This document shows positions 7,926 through 17,069 of a stretch of 32,000 nucleotides of DNA, piece after piece. This DNA comes from an archaeon. GTDB taxonomy: Archaea; Asgardarchaeota; Thorarchaeia; Thorarchaeales; Thorarchaeaceae. Below the pieces are notes generated by a model. It was given only the letters and a program-made list of their open reading frames with translations. It was not told the DNA's origin and did no database searches. Location of the stretch: the NCBI GenBank assembly GCA_024275415.1, contig JAJRZD010000012.1, positions 30,001 to 62,000 on the forward strand, read 5' to 3'. Each line of letters begins with the position of its first letter. The stretch's first letter is position 1. The translations under genes and the position numbers were made by a program.

Positions 7926-8987
7926 ATGGATCCCAGAGTAGAGGAACACGCAAGGATAATTGTCTAATGGAGCACCCAAATCAAGAGAGGCGAGATGGTA
8001 GCAATCGTTGCAAGTCCACTCTCTCATGATCTTGCGGTAGCGGTGACACGTGAGGTCGCTAAGGCAGGTGGTGTACCACTGGCACTGATGGGTAGCGAGG
8101 AGATAATGAGAGCATTCTTTGATGGAGCAGATGACGAAACACTCGCAATAGAACCTGCACATACGAGAGCTGCGACTGAGAAGTGTGATGCCTTCATCTT
8201 CATACGCTCTCCGATGAATATCAAGGCAATGGCCAATGTAGACCCGAAAAGGATAATCTTGTACAGTAAGACCAATCAAGAGATACAGGCGATACGTCTA
8301 TCAAAGAAGTGGTGTCTTACAGTCCATCCATGTCTTACGCTTGCTCAACAAGCTAACATGAGCATGGATGAATACCAAGATTTCGTATATGGTGCCACAC
8401 TCATTGACTGGGAAGAGGAGAGCAAGAATCTCTTCCTGATGAAGGAACACCTAGAGCGTCATAGTGACATCAGGTACGTCGGGCCTGAAACTGATCTTTA
8501 TGCAAAGACTGAAGGGCGCATTTGGATCGCATCAGACGGGAAACGTAATCTCCCAAGCGGGGAGGTCTTTACGGCTCCGATCGAGGACTCGGTGGAGGGT
8601 AAGATCTACTTTGACATCCCATTCCTCCAGCAGGGTAAAGTGATAGAGGGTGTCCGCTTGACTTTTGAAAAGGGCGAGGTCGTTGATTTCTCTGCCGAGA
8701 AATCTGAGGGAACCCTCAAGACGATAATCGAAACCGACTAAGGGTCAAGACGGCTTGGGGAGATTGCCATCGGCACCAACCGTGGCATCAAGCAATACAC
8801 CCTGAACATGCTCTTCGATGAGAAGATAGGTGATACCATACATTGTGCATTAGGGAGAGCATATGCCGAGTGCAATGGCACAAACAACTCAGCCGTCCAT
8901 GTGGACATGATAAAGACGATGCTTGAAGGAGAGATTATTGCAGGCGACGAGGTGATCTATTCAAAAGGCAAGTACTTCTACGAATAG
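7926..8987 (+). pseudogene. ampS: Aminopeptidase of family M29 (AmpS/AmpT-like) with two in-frame TAA codons (7965-7967 and 8739-8741)
   Basis: A single frame runs from ATG 7926 (MDPRVEEHARIIV*WSTQIKRGE) to TAG 8987, 353 codons. It contains NLPSGEVFTAP, ETD*GSRRLGEIAIGTN, LFDEKIGDTIHCALGRAY and SAVHVDMIK. Confidence 0.88.
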
Positions 8988-9015
8988 GTTGTAAAATTCC
9001 AATGGAGCAGTTTCA

Positions 9016-10053
9016 CTAAGATGCCGAATTGGGAATGACTTTTCCTGGTTTGGGGAGTATAATGGTGAATTTCGCTCCGCTCATCTCAGTTTCACCTAGC
9101 TTCGGTTTGAACTTGATAACCCCACCATACTTCTTTACTATGCGGATGGACTGGGCAATCCCGATACCACCAAACCTGCGACTAGTGTCAAAGAGGCTCC
9201 CAATGACATGGGCAGGGATACCGGAGCCATTGTCTATTATGTGTACTGTGTAGAGGTCATCATTCGGTGTGGCGTGAATCCAAACTACCTTCTTAATTGA
9301 ATGATTATGTATTATTGCATTCTCTAGTATGTTTAGAAAGAGATTCTCAAGAAACGGGTCAGCTTTGATGAGAGCATTTTGAATCTCGATTCTAAGATTG
9401 ACCTGAACGTCCGGGAAACGGAACCGTAGGATTTTGACGGCATGCATCAACGTGTCTTCAAGATAGACATCCTCAAGGGGCATGTTCAGGAACCCCTTTG
9501 TGGAATGCACCTTTTCAATGATAGTGCTCAGTGAGCTGATCGAGTCGAGAATGACAGCGACGGCGGCTTCTGATGTTTTATTCCTACAGATGTCCCGAAG
9601 AATTTCCGCGCCCAGCAGTGTCGCTTGAAGCCTGTTCCTGAGGTCATGAGCCATGATATCAAGAATGGCTTCGACTTCCTCTTCAGCACGGTAGCGGGCG
9701 GTGACATCTGTGGCAATGTGAATCACTCGTTCAATCTGGCCGTTGTCATCAAGTATTGGGGTGCATGATACAAGAAACATGCCTCCCAATGCTTCTATGA
9801 GCATGTCATTCGTTTCAAGTTTGCCAGAGTCAGTGAGGCTTTTCAAGGGACAGCCACAAGCAGGCTCGGTAGAAGAGTGAAAGACCTCATAGCAGTACTT
9901 CCCAATCAATTCCTCTTTGGGTTTCTCCACAGCTTTGACAGTAGCATCATTGACCTCGAGAATCCTGTGGTCTTTATCAAGTATCATAGTTGGATGACCA
10001 ATCGCTTGAAAGATATTCTCCCACAGGATAGGATGTTCATTCGTTCCTTCCAC
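9016..10053 (-). CDS. PAS-domain sensor histidine kinase
   Basis: PAS/PAC region (ILDKDHRILEVN...ELIGKYCYEVFH...IHIATDVT), H-box AHDLRNRL, N-box NILENAIIHN, G1 IDNGSGIP, G2 GGIGI. Confidence 0.92.
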   Translation of the reverse strand: MEGTNEHPILWENIFQAIGHPTMILDKDHRILEVNDATVKAVEKPKEELIGKYCYEVFHSSTEPACGCPLKSLTDSGKLETNDMLIEALGGMFLVSCTPILDDNGQIERVIHIATDVTARYRAEEEVEAILDIMAHDLRNRLQATLLGAEILRDICRNKTSEAAVAVILDSISSLSTIIEKVHSTKGFLNMPLEDVYLEDTLMHAVKILRFRFPDVQVNLRIEIQNALIKADPFLENLFLNILENAIIHNHSIKKVVWIHATPNDDLYTVHIIDNGSGIPAHVIGSLFDTSRRFGGIGIAQSIRIVKKYGGVIKFKPKLGETEMSGAKFTIILPKPGKVIPNSAS

Positions 10054-10284
10054 AATGTCACCCTCCGGTTACTTCATGTAAGGCCAAAGTTCCTTTTGAC
10101 TTTTATCAGAGAACAGTACGCAAGAGTCATATGTTGAGAAACGCGTGATCTCTTACAAATCCAAGTGTTTCTGAAAGCATAATGGTACAGAGTTCAAAAC
10201 GAGTTTGCCAAAAGTATAGAGATAGCCTTTTTACAAAAGTGGAGAGTCTGTGTCTATCTTTGCCTGCAAGAAGAGATGAGGTTA

Positions 10285-10854
10285 ATGTCCAAGCGAATCT
10301 ATACTGGGATAGGTGATAAGGGCAAGACTGGACTTCTATCTGGTGAGAGGGTGTCCAAGGATCATCCAAGAGTGGAAGCCTATGGGACAGTGGACGAACT
10401 CATAACAAGTCTGGGGGTCGCAAAGATCTATTCTAGCGAGCGCATCGCCAAACACATCCATGCGATACAACAGATCCTTTTCTATATTGCCGCCGAGCTT
10501 GCGACTGATAGTGATACGCTTCAAGATGATGACCCCATCCTGAATCTACGCAGGGTGAACAAGGATGATGTCATTGGACTCGAAAGGATTGCAGACGTAC
10601 TTGTGGAGGAACTTCCCCTGTTGAAGAATTTCGTCATCCCCGGGGGCACGAAAGGTTCAGCATTCCTGCATGTTGCCCGCACTGTTTGTAGGAGGGCTGA
10701 GCGCAGGGTCATCTCACTATCAACAGAGGCTCAAGTCAATCCGGAGATTGTGAGATTCGTAAATAGACTCTCAGACCTACTGTTTGTAATGGCACGCTAT
10801 GAGAATCGTGAGTCTGGTGAGGGCGACACGCTGATCTCACGAGAGAGTGATTAG
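10285..10854 (+). CDS. pduO: ATP:cob(I)alamin adenosyltransferase, PduO type
   Basis: MSKRIYTGIGDKGKTGLLSGERVSKDHPRVEAYGTVDEL, FVIPGG, LHVARTVCRRAERR and NRLSDLLFVMAR are PduO hallmark motifs. Confidence 0.96.
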   Translation: MSKRIYTGIGDKGKTGLLSGERVSKDHPRVEAYGTVDELITSLGVAKIYSSERIAKHIHAIQQILFYIAAELATDSDTLQDDDPILNLRRVNKDDVIGLERIADVLVEELPLLKNFVIPGGTKGSAFLHVARTVCRRAERRVISLSTEAQVNPEIVRFVNRLSDLLFVMARYENRESGEGDTLISRESD

Positions 10855-10878
10855 AAGGTTCAAAGAACGAATCAGGTT

Positions 10879-12357
10879 CTATTGGCTGCAACGAACCGCA
10901 AGGAACCTGAGATACGCCTGCATCTCCTCTGAAAGATGAGGAGGCTTCCAATCTGAGCCATAGTCGCGGATATTGAGAGCATCAATGCCAGTCCTTTTTA
11001 GTTCCAGCTCGATACGTTCAAGCCCATTCAAGTCTGTAGACAAACCAATGCCCAACGCATTAAGTACCTCACAGCCATACACTGTGTACCACAAGAGGGT
11101 AGTATCATAATACTCGTCCTTTTTCACGATGTGGGCGCACTCCAACTCCTTTCTTCTTGCCTCAATGATTGTCGGAGAAAGCAATGCGATTGACGGAAAT
11201 CTGTCTGCTAGGCTGAGATCGATGAAGTGTGTGGAACCTCCCTGTTTCACTTGCTTCACCAATGCGTCAGAGAGTCGTTCCATCAAGACTGCTCTCGCGT
11301 CTTCAAATGAGGACTCAGCATCAATGTCGTCAATGTGATCCAAGAGTGAGCCATCGTAACCTTGGAGGTGTTCTAGTTTCATGATCTCCAAGAAAGATAT
11401 TCTAAGATGGTATCGAGCAAGATTGTTGAGCTTTGCATGGATCTCCCTGAACCTCGCTCTCACCACTCCAAACTCGTGAGCTCTCCATTCCTCACGCTGA
11501 GCTGAGGTGGATATTCTAGACCTGATACTTTCAAGTCCCAGTGGCCAGACTGCTGAGCTAAACGGGAATGAGTCTATTGAGATGCGGGGCGAGATGTGGG
11601 CTTCCTTCAAAAAGGGGAGCCCAAAGAGCGGCCACAGGTCTATTGTGGTAGAATCGATTCCTGAGATGTTGACCTGCTCTAATCGCTCACATTTGACCAA
11701 AGGATACAGGTCTAGGTCGCGAACCTTATTCTGTGATATTCCAAGAACTCGTATGTTCGGGGTGGATGCAAAAGGCGAAAGGTCAAGCATTTCGATTTTT
11801 GTCCAATCCACTAACAGTGTGTCGAGATTAGGACTGGTGTGCAGGAATGTGAGGTCTAGTGATGCGATAGGGTTCTCATTCAGAATGACATGCCGTAATT
11901 GCGGTTTGTTAGATAGGGGTGTCGTGTCAACTGCGCGTATCCAGTTGTGCGAAACATCGATGCTTTCAATCAGATGTGCTTGTTCAAGAGGTGAAAGGTC
12001 GAGCTCTTCCAATTGGTTGTCGCTGAGATTCACTTTTCGAATGCCAGGGCACCTGCGAAGAGGATTGAGATTTACAGCATGAATGTGGTTGTGTGAGATA
12101 TCAATGGATTCCAAGGTCTCACCATTGGGCGAGCAAATGAATTCAGATAGTTCAATTCCCTCAAGGCGATTGTGACTAAGGTTCAGTGTTCTGAGATGAG
12201 GCATCCTTGCTGCCTCGTTCAAGTCGACCTCGATGATGTCCAGACCAGAAAGGTCAAGGGTCTCATTATCAATTGGAAAAGAAAGGGTTTCTTTTTGCCG
12301 AGGTGAGTGTAAGATTTGTATCTCGATATATGGCATTGAGGCTGCAAGACTCCGCAT
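10879..12357 (-). CDS. Leucine-rich repeat protein with a helical C-terminal domain of unknown function
   Basis: About 8-9 LxxLxLxxN repeats (LRTLNLSHNRLEGIEL, IRKVNLSDNQLEELDLSPL, IESIDVSHNWIRAVDTTPL, LRHVILNENPIASLDL). Confidence 0.92.
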   Translation of the reverse strand: MRSLAASMPYIEIQILHSPRQKETLSFPIDNETLDLSGLDIIEVDLNEAARMPHLRTLNLSHNRLEGIELSEFICSPNGETLESIDISHNHIHAVNLNPLRRCPGIRKVNLSDNQLEELDLSPLEQAHLIESIDVSHNWIRAVDTTPLSNKPQLRHVILNENPIASLDLTFLHTSPNLDTLLVDWTKIEMLDLSPFASTPNIRVLGISQNKVRDLDLYPLVKCERLEQVNISGIDSTTIDLWPLFGLPFLKEAHISPRISIDSFPFSSAVWPLGLESIRSRISTSAQREEWRAHEFGVVRARFREIHAKLNNLARYHLRISFLEIMKLEHLQGYDGSLLDHIDDIDAESSFEDARAVLMERLSDALVKQVKQGGSTHFIDLSLADRFPSIALLSPTIIEARRKELECAHIVKKDEYYDTTLLWYTVYGCEVLNALGIGLSTDLNGLERIELELKRTGIDALNIRDYGSDWKPPHLSEEMQAYLRFLAVRCSQ

Positions 12358-12443
12358 CTTCGATAGACAGGTTGGCTAATGAGTCTTACATTAAGGGATA
12401 AAACCATGTTGCTTGGATGACACCGGTCACAGCAGGTAGCGTT

Positions 12444-12734
12444 TTACGGCCTCCAGCCCAATCCAGCAGGAGGAGTTCTAATTACAGAATCAAGCACATA
12501 CTCGGCCAAGACCGACTTGGGAATCTCATTGTTCATAACATAGAGGGGCTTCCGCATATCGCTGAGGTTCGGGATTCTCTTACAGATCCGGTTCTCTGTA
12601 AGAGTTGAAAGTGCAAGTGTTACGGTTCTAGGAGAGAGTTCTACTTTCTCGCATATCTCGTGAGGACTGATTGGCCCATAGTTTGCTACGACTTGTAGGA
12701 CTGTAAGGATTCCTGCTGAAAGTTGAGTCGCCAT
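12444..12734 (-). CDS. Winged-helix (MarR/ArsR-like) DNA-binding protein
   Basis: GPISPHEICEKVELSPRTVTLALSTLTENRICKRIPNLSDMRKPLY fits the HTH plus wing pattern (D-x-R wing motif). Confidence 0.8.
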   Translation of the reverse strand: MATQLSAGILTVLQVVANYGPISPHEICEKVELSPRTVTLALSTLTENRICKRIPNLSDMRKPLYVMNNEIPKSVLAEYVLDSVIRTPPAGLGWRP

Positions 12735-12927
12735 TTCTAAGTATGCACCCCGATGATTCTTTTAGCACAGATATATCCATTCCATCTCATATTGTGCATC
12801 AGAGATAGTATATCCACTTGTGTAAGCCGACACACAATGATTGAGATGATGTCGGAATCATCGGATTTATGACTAGGAATTTGTAACCCATATCTCAAGT
12901 ATGTAGTATGTACACGGAGGCAGCAGG

Positions 12928-13359
12928 ATGGCTGATGCCAAAGAACGACTGGTTGACCTAGTGAAGAACCGAGACCTCAGCTCAATACAGGTGATGGCGT
13001 CGGAGCTGTCGCTTGACGAGGATGAAGTAAGGAGTTTCCTTGCCGAACTTGCAACAGAGGGCAGACTCAACGGGTATATCACAGAGGACGGAAAGCGCTT
13101 TTTCAGGTCTGACATAACGGTACCAACACCGGGACATACTACTCCTGAGGACGTTCCTGAATTCCTGAAGTACGACACACTACCAGGAAAGTTCTTGGCG
13201 TTCGTAGGGCTTATGATAATGGTCATAGCAGGTGTCTTACTGGCAATCTTCTCAGGTACCATATATTATGAGAATCTTGGGACTGCACTCCTGCTCATTG
13301 GATTGGTCACTACGATGGCTGGGTGCTACCACATTGGACGCAGAAAGACGCCTCAGTGA
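12928..13359 (+). CDS. Small membrane protein with an N-terminal PCI-like winged-helix domain and two C-terminal TM helices
   Basis: SIQVMASELSLDEDEVRSFLAELATEGRLNGYITEDG resembles the PCI wHTH. It is followed by two hydrophobic stretches and a basic tail (RRK). Confidence 0.7.
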   Translation: MADAKERLVDLVKNRDLSSIQVMASELSLDEDEVRSFLAELATEGRLNGYITEDGKRFFRSDITVPTPGHTTPEDVPEFLKYDTLPGKFLAFVGLMIMVIAGVLLAIFSGTIYYENLGTALLLIGLVTTMAGCYHIGRRKTPQ

Positions 13360-13425
13360 ACGATGTTCATACAAAGCTGTTTAAGTAGGAGACTTCCTCG
13401 CCCAAACGATGAAGGCGACGCTAGA

Positions 13426-14358
13426 ATGCAAGACATGGTCGTAGAGATACTTATGATTGCAGCTTTCGCAGTTGCTGTGGGGACTATTTCATCAATGGTC
13501 GGCATTGGGGGAGGCATCATCAACACCCCGCTTCTTATCATAATATTTGGGCTGACTGCTCAGACCGCGCCTGCTACGGCACTTGTAGCTGCGCTCTTCG
13601 TTGCGGCAGCTAGCACTGTTGCCTATTATAGGCAAGAACCGAGACCTATCATGTTCAAGCCTGGGCTCTTTCTTGCCATTACGACTATCCCCGGATCTTT
13701 TGCGGGGGTAGCTCTACGGGAGTTCATCGTGGATGATTATGTGCTCCGTATCATCTTTGGGGTCGCGTTGTTTCCTGTGGCGTTGAAAATGCTTTTTGCC
13801 AAAAAAAGAGGGAAGGCAGATGAGGTTACTGCATTCAAGTTCTCAGACATCTCTAGCGGAAGGCTTGCCCTCACATTATTTGGTGGATTCATCGGTGGCG
13901 TATCGGCAGGGCTTCTCGGAATAGGGGGCGGTGCTGTGGTCGTACCCGTCCTCACAATACTCATGGGACTTCCGATCCATGCAGCAGTAGCGACATCGAT
14001 GTTCACAATGGTATTCACCGCATCAGCAGGCACAGCTCGCAATTTCATGGGTGGACACATCGACCCGTTCTATGCCTTGGCGCTTGGCATGGGGATGGTC
14101 ATCGGTGCTCAAATCGGTCCGAGGCTTGCATCTAAGGTAAACGCTGTACAGCTCAAGCAGGTATTCGGTCTTGTCCTTGTGTTCCCATTGGTAAAGATGA
14201 TGTACCTAGGACAGATGCTGCTCGACCCTGCTGGTGAGAGCTTTGTTATGGCCACCATTGGAGACCTCATCATATGGGTCATCATCGTAGTCCCTATCGG
14301 GTTGCTCCGCCTATATCAACTCAGGAAGTCAAAGGAGTTGCGTGTCGTCACCAAATAA
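13426..14358 (+). CDS. Sulfite exporter TauE/SafE family permease
   Basis: Duplicated SSMVGIGGGIINTP / AGLLGIGGGAVVVP motifs, AVATS, GAQIG and multiple TM helices. The likely start is ATG 13426 (the ORF track starts at 13363). Confidence 0.93.
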   Translation: MQDMVVEILMIAAFAVAVGTISSMVGIGGGIINTPLLIIIFGLTAQTAPATALVAALFVAAASTVAYYRQEPRPIMFKPGLFLAITTIPGSFAGVALREFIVDDYVLRIIFGVALFPVALKMLFAKKRGKADEVTAFKFSDISSGRLALTLFGGFIGGVSAGLLGIGGGAVVVPVLTILMGLPIHAAVATSMFTMVFTASAGTARNFMGGHIDPFYALALGMGMVIGAQIGPRLASKVNAVQLKQVFGLVLVFPLVKMMYLGQMLLDPAGESFVMATIGDLIIWVIIVVPIGLLRLYQLRKSKELRVVTK

Positions 14359-14622
14359 GGTTCACAATTGCAAGTCCATTGACATGAGTTGCAGACGGGC
14401 ATTCGGCTAAGGCTACAGCCTCCGTTTTATCAGCAGCAGGATGATGACCAATACAACTACACTATCTTTGTAAAGTGGGAATTATGACAGCCTCACCCAG
14501 CTCAGTGCCTGCACCAATTAGGCAAGACTCTATCTGCGAAAGAACCATGATGTAGGAGCTATTTTAAGAAGTTTTGATATGTAATAATGTAAAATCAGAG
14601 TAACTCGGCGGAATGAATTAGA

Positions 14623-15030
14623 GTGGATGAGTCTAGGAAGATTCGATACAAAACAAAAATGCGATACGTTATCGACAGATTATCCCTTGCAGAGGGATTG
14701 ATTGTGAATCCGACTGAAACCGAATTGATGGCACTATATTATTCGTTGCTCACATCTATTGAGAGTGTAATGGATATGATTGCCATGATGATAAAAGACT
14801 TGGGCGAAATTGGTAAAGGTGATCGACACAACATCGAACTGTTAAGAACAAAGGACCACATCACCGAAGAACTCTCAAAGGATCTAATGGCATGCAATGG
14901 TCTGAGAAATGTCCTTGTGCATCAGTATAATGGAATAGATAAAACAATAGTCATCGAGTCGTTTGCTAATGTCAAAAAAGCACTTGGAGGAATGATTGAA
15001 ATTGTCGAGCGATTCATCGAAGAATCTTGA
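14623..15030 (+). CDS. HEPN (DUF86/HepT-like) ribonuclease toxin
   Basis: GLRNVLVHQY contains the R-x4-H HEPN motif followed by Tyr. The protein is 135 aa and helical, and overlaps the downstream MNT gene. Confidence 0.9.
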   Translation: MDESRKIRYKTKMRYVIDRLSLAEGLIVNPTETELMALYYSLLTSIESVMDMIAMMIKDLGEIGKGDRHNIELLRTKDHITEELSKDLMACNGLRNVLVHQYNGIDKTIVIESFANVKKALGGMIEIVERFIEES

Positions 15031-15397
15031 ACTCATAAGAGAAGATCTACAGGTGATTTCAGACAGAGATGTGCTTCTGTTTGGTTCCTTCCTCACAGGT
15101 GAGTTTCGAGATGGCTCTGACATTGATGTTGCTGTTCTTGCATACTCCGAAGATCAAAATATCATGAAGAACCTCAAGATGCAGATAATCCAAGAAATCC
15201 CAGCAATCTATGATGTGTCTATCTTTGAGGCACTTCCCACCATAGTAAAGAAAAACATCCTTGAAGAATATGTAGTGGTGTTCGGAAATCCTGTAGAGAT
15301 TGCAGAATACCTGAGGAGGTACTGGAAAGAGTGTCGGGATTATGCGTTTCGCTTGGAATTGCCATCTTTAGAAGAAATGAAACGAAACATTCGCTGA
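14996..15397 (+). CDS. Minimal nucleotidyltransferase (MntA-like antitoxin)
   Basis: LLFGSFLTGEFRDGSDIDVAV is GS-x10-DxD. YDVSIFEALPTIVKKNILEEYVVV is the typical MNT C-terminal region. Confidence 0.9.
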   Translation: MKLSSDSSKNLELIREDLQVISDRDVLLFGSFLTGEFRDGSDIDVAVLAYSEDQNIMKNLKMQIIQEIPAIYDVSIFEALPTIVKKNILEEYVVVFGNPVEIAEYLRRYWKECRDYAFRLELPSLEEMKRNIR

Positions 15398-15605
15398 TCA
15401 GGTGAGCCCAAAACCACTATTCGTTCGTACTGGATGCAATAAGTCCACCTCTAGTGACAAGGACACACTTTCCTCATACACCAAGGTTACTTGATGCAGC
15501 TAATACTAATATAGAAACTAACAGGAATATAAACGGCAGAATGTGAATTGGTCTAAGTGATGCTAGACAAGTCGGTGTTTTGTCCATGTCCATTGGTGAG
15601 CAATA

Positions 15606-15959
15606 ATGCTACAAGGAGTAGTCGTGCTGAACGAATCTGGTGAAACCGTCATTTCTCTAGGGAAGAATGGCATGGGTTGTAACACCGAGATGGTCGGCGA
15701 CTTGGTCGGGGCAGTCCAGATGTTCATACAACAGATGACTGGCGATACTGTGAAATCGATAGCCTTCGGTGAAATTACCCTGTATCTGTGCCAGACTGAG
15801 AATGGTCATGTGATAACAATGTACGACTTGGATGATGACTCTGGCAAGGTACAAAGCCAGCGAATTGCCGAACTCGTAACGGACAACCGAACTATGGAAG
15901 ACACTTTCAGGTTCATCAATCAGATCTCGCAGATGCTTGATGAGGGCAATGACACCTGA
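15606..15959 (+). CDS. Stand-alone longin/roadblock-like domain protein
   Basis: Pattern beta (GVVVLNESGETVI), helix (MVGDLVGAVQMFIQQMTG), beta (VKSIAFGEITLYL), beta (VITMY), helix. This is the longin topology common in Asgard archaea. Confidence 0.65.
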   Translation: MLQGVVVLNESGETVISLGKNGMGCNTEMVGDLVGAVQMFIQQMTGDTVKSIAFGEITLYLCQTENGHVITMYDLDDDSGKVQSQRIAELVTDNRTMEDTFRFINQISQMLDEGNDT

Positions 15960-16049
15960 TTGTTGTACCAACCCAATCTGCAACGCCGCATTCTAAGGAC
16001 TCTGACAATCCTAGAGGACTCGTTGACATCCAATACATGGGACTTCCTG

Positions 16050-17063
16050 CTACAGGTAGAATCTCTTACAATACGGCGTTGAGTGCCTTGACTGCATTTC
16101 ATGTGTCCATGAGGCAGGCAGACTGAATCCTGAACACTTGTACGCGATATCAGATAGGATCCAGGGGCCATTCAATGGCTGAAGAAGCCAAGGATAATCA
16201 GACATGTCTTCCGTTAGCAATGGTTTCCATTGGTACAGCTGTGTCGATACAGGTCCATCCTGTGTGACTGAATATATCGCATTGATCACCGCCCCGTCAT
16301 TCTGCCATTGATGTGCAAAACACCGGATATTCCGCCACTCAACTGTATCGATGACGACTCCGGACATAAAGCGACCAAGTTTCTTTCCCTGTACCCAGTA
16401 ATAGCCGTTCTTGCCTGCTGCAAATAGAACGCCATTCTCGATGTCATTACCGTCCCGCAGCGATTCCTCCAAGAGGAATGGTTCCGATCCTAAGAACTTC
16501 TCTGCCTCTCGGACAAGCATGTCATGAATGGGTCTGTCACGCAGGACGGTGTTCAGGTCAAGAACCGCGTTGTAAGTCAGGCTCGCGGGCATTCTCTCAA
16601 GATATGAGAGGCCCCTCATGATAGGTTTCTCCTCTGTGAAAGACTCGCCAGTCCTGATGTCCTCAATGATGTCAAGACACAGACGCATCGTAGACTGGAA
16701 ATGATCCCTGATATCCTGCTTGGTCTGGCCACTTTCTCCCCTGGGTGCCTTGACTTCGAAGGAACTCGTTTCAGTAGTGTGACAGCCGTATTGATCCAGC
16801 GCGATGCCCGAAATCAAAACCCTATCATCCTTCTTGGGCTCGACGCCTCGGATACAATCATAGGGAATTACCTTCGAAATGCGGTATGCTTGCTTACGAT
16901 TCTTTTCTAAAAGCACAGTTCTTCTGCTGGTCAGGACAAAGAACCCATTCTGGATCTCACAGACAAGGTGGACTTCCTCATTGGGCAAAAGGCACTGCCG
17001 AGCAACCTTGAACATCTCGGCTCCAGAAGGTGTAAGGGTTTCGATTGTTTCGACCATGCACAT
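16050..17063 (-). CDS. Hypothetical protein, possibly with two PH-like domains
   Basis: 337-aa ORF. LLPNEEV...GFFVLTSRRTVLL...IPYDCIRGVE resembles bacterial PH-like domains, and a second similar unit reads GVLFAAGKNGYYWV...VEWRNIR. Confidence 0.6.
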   Translation of the reverse strand: MCMVETIETLTPSGAEMFKVARQCLLPNEEVHLVCEIQNGFFVLTSRRTVLLEKNRKQAYRISKVIPYDCIRGVEPKKDDRVLISGIALDQYGCHTTETSSFEVKAPRGESGQTKQDIRDHFQSTMRLCLDIIEDIRTGESFTEEKPIMRGLSYLERMPASLTYNAVLDLNTVLRDRPIHDMLVREAEKFLGSEPFLLEESLRDGNDIENGVLFAAGKNGYYWVQGKKLGRFMSGVVIDTVEWRNIRCFAHQWQNDGAVINAIYSVTQDGPVSTQLYQWKPLLTEDMSDYPWLLQPLNGPWILSDIAYKCSGFSLPASWTHEMQSRHSTPYCKRFYL

Positions 17064-17069
17064 ACCTCG

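Noticed and set aside
7926-8987. Genome-wide TAA reassignment as the cause of the ampS stops
   Set aside because: TAA ends several complete genes in this window (for example 4063, 6480, 14358, 25415) at the expected family lengths.
12818-12862. Short inverted repeats TTGTGT-N8-ACACAA and GATGAT-N6-ATCATC in a divergent intergenic region
   Set aside because: Six-bp arms are expected by chance, and they cannot be supported without comparative data.
14560-15600. A mobile element carrying the HEPN-MNT pair
   Set aside because: No transposase, integrase, terminal inverted repeats or target-site duplication could be seen.
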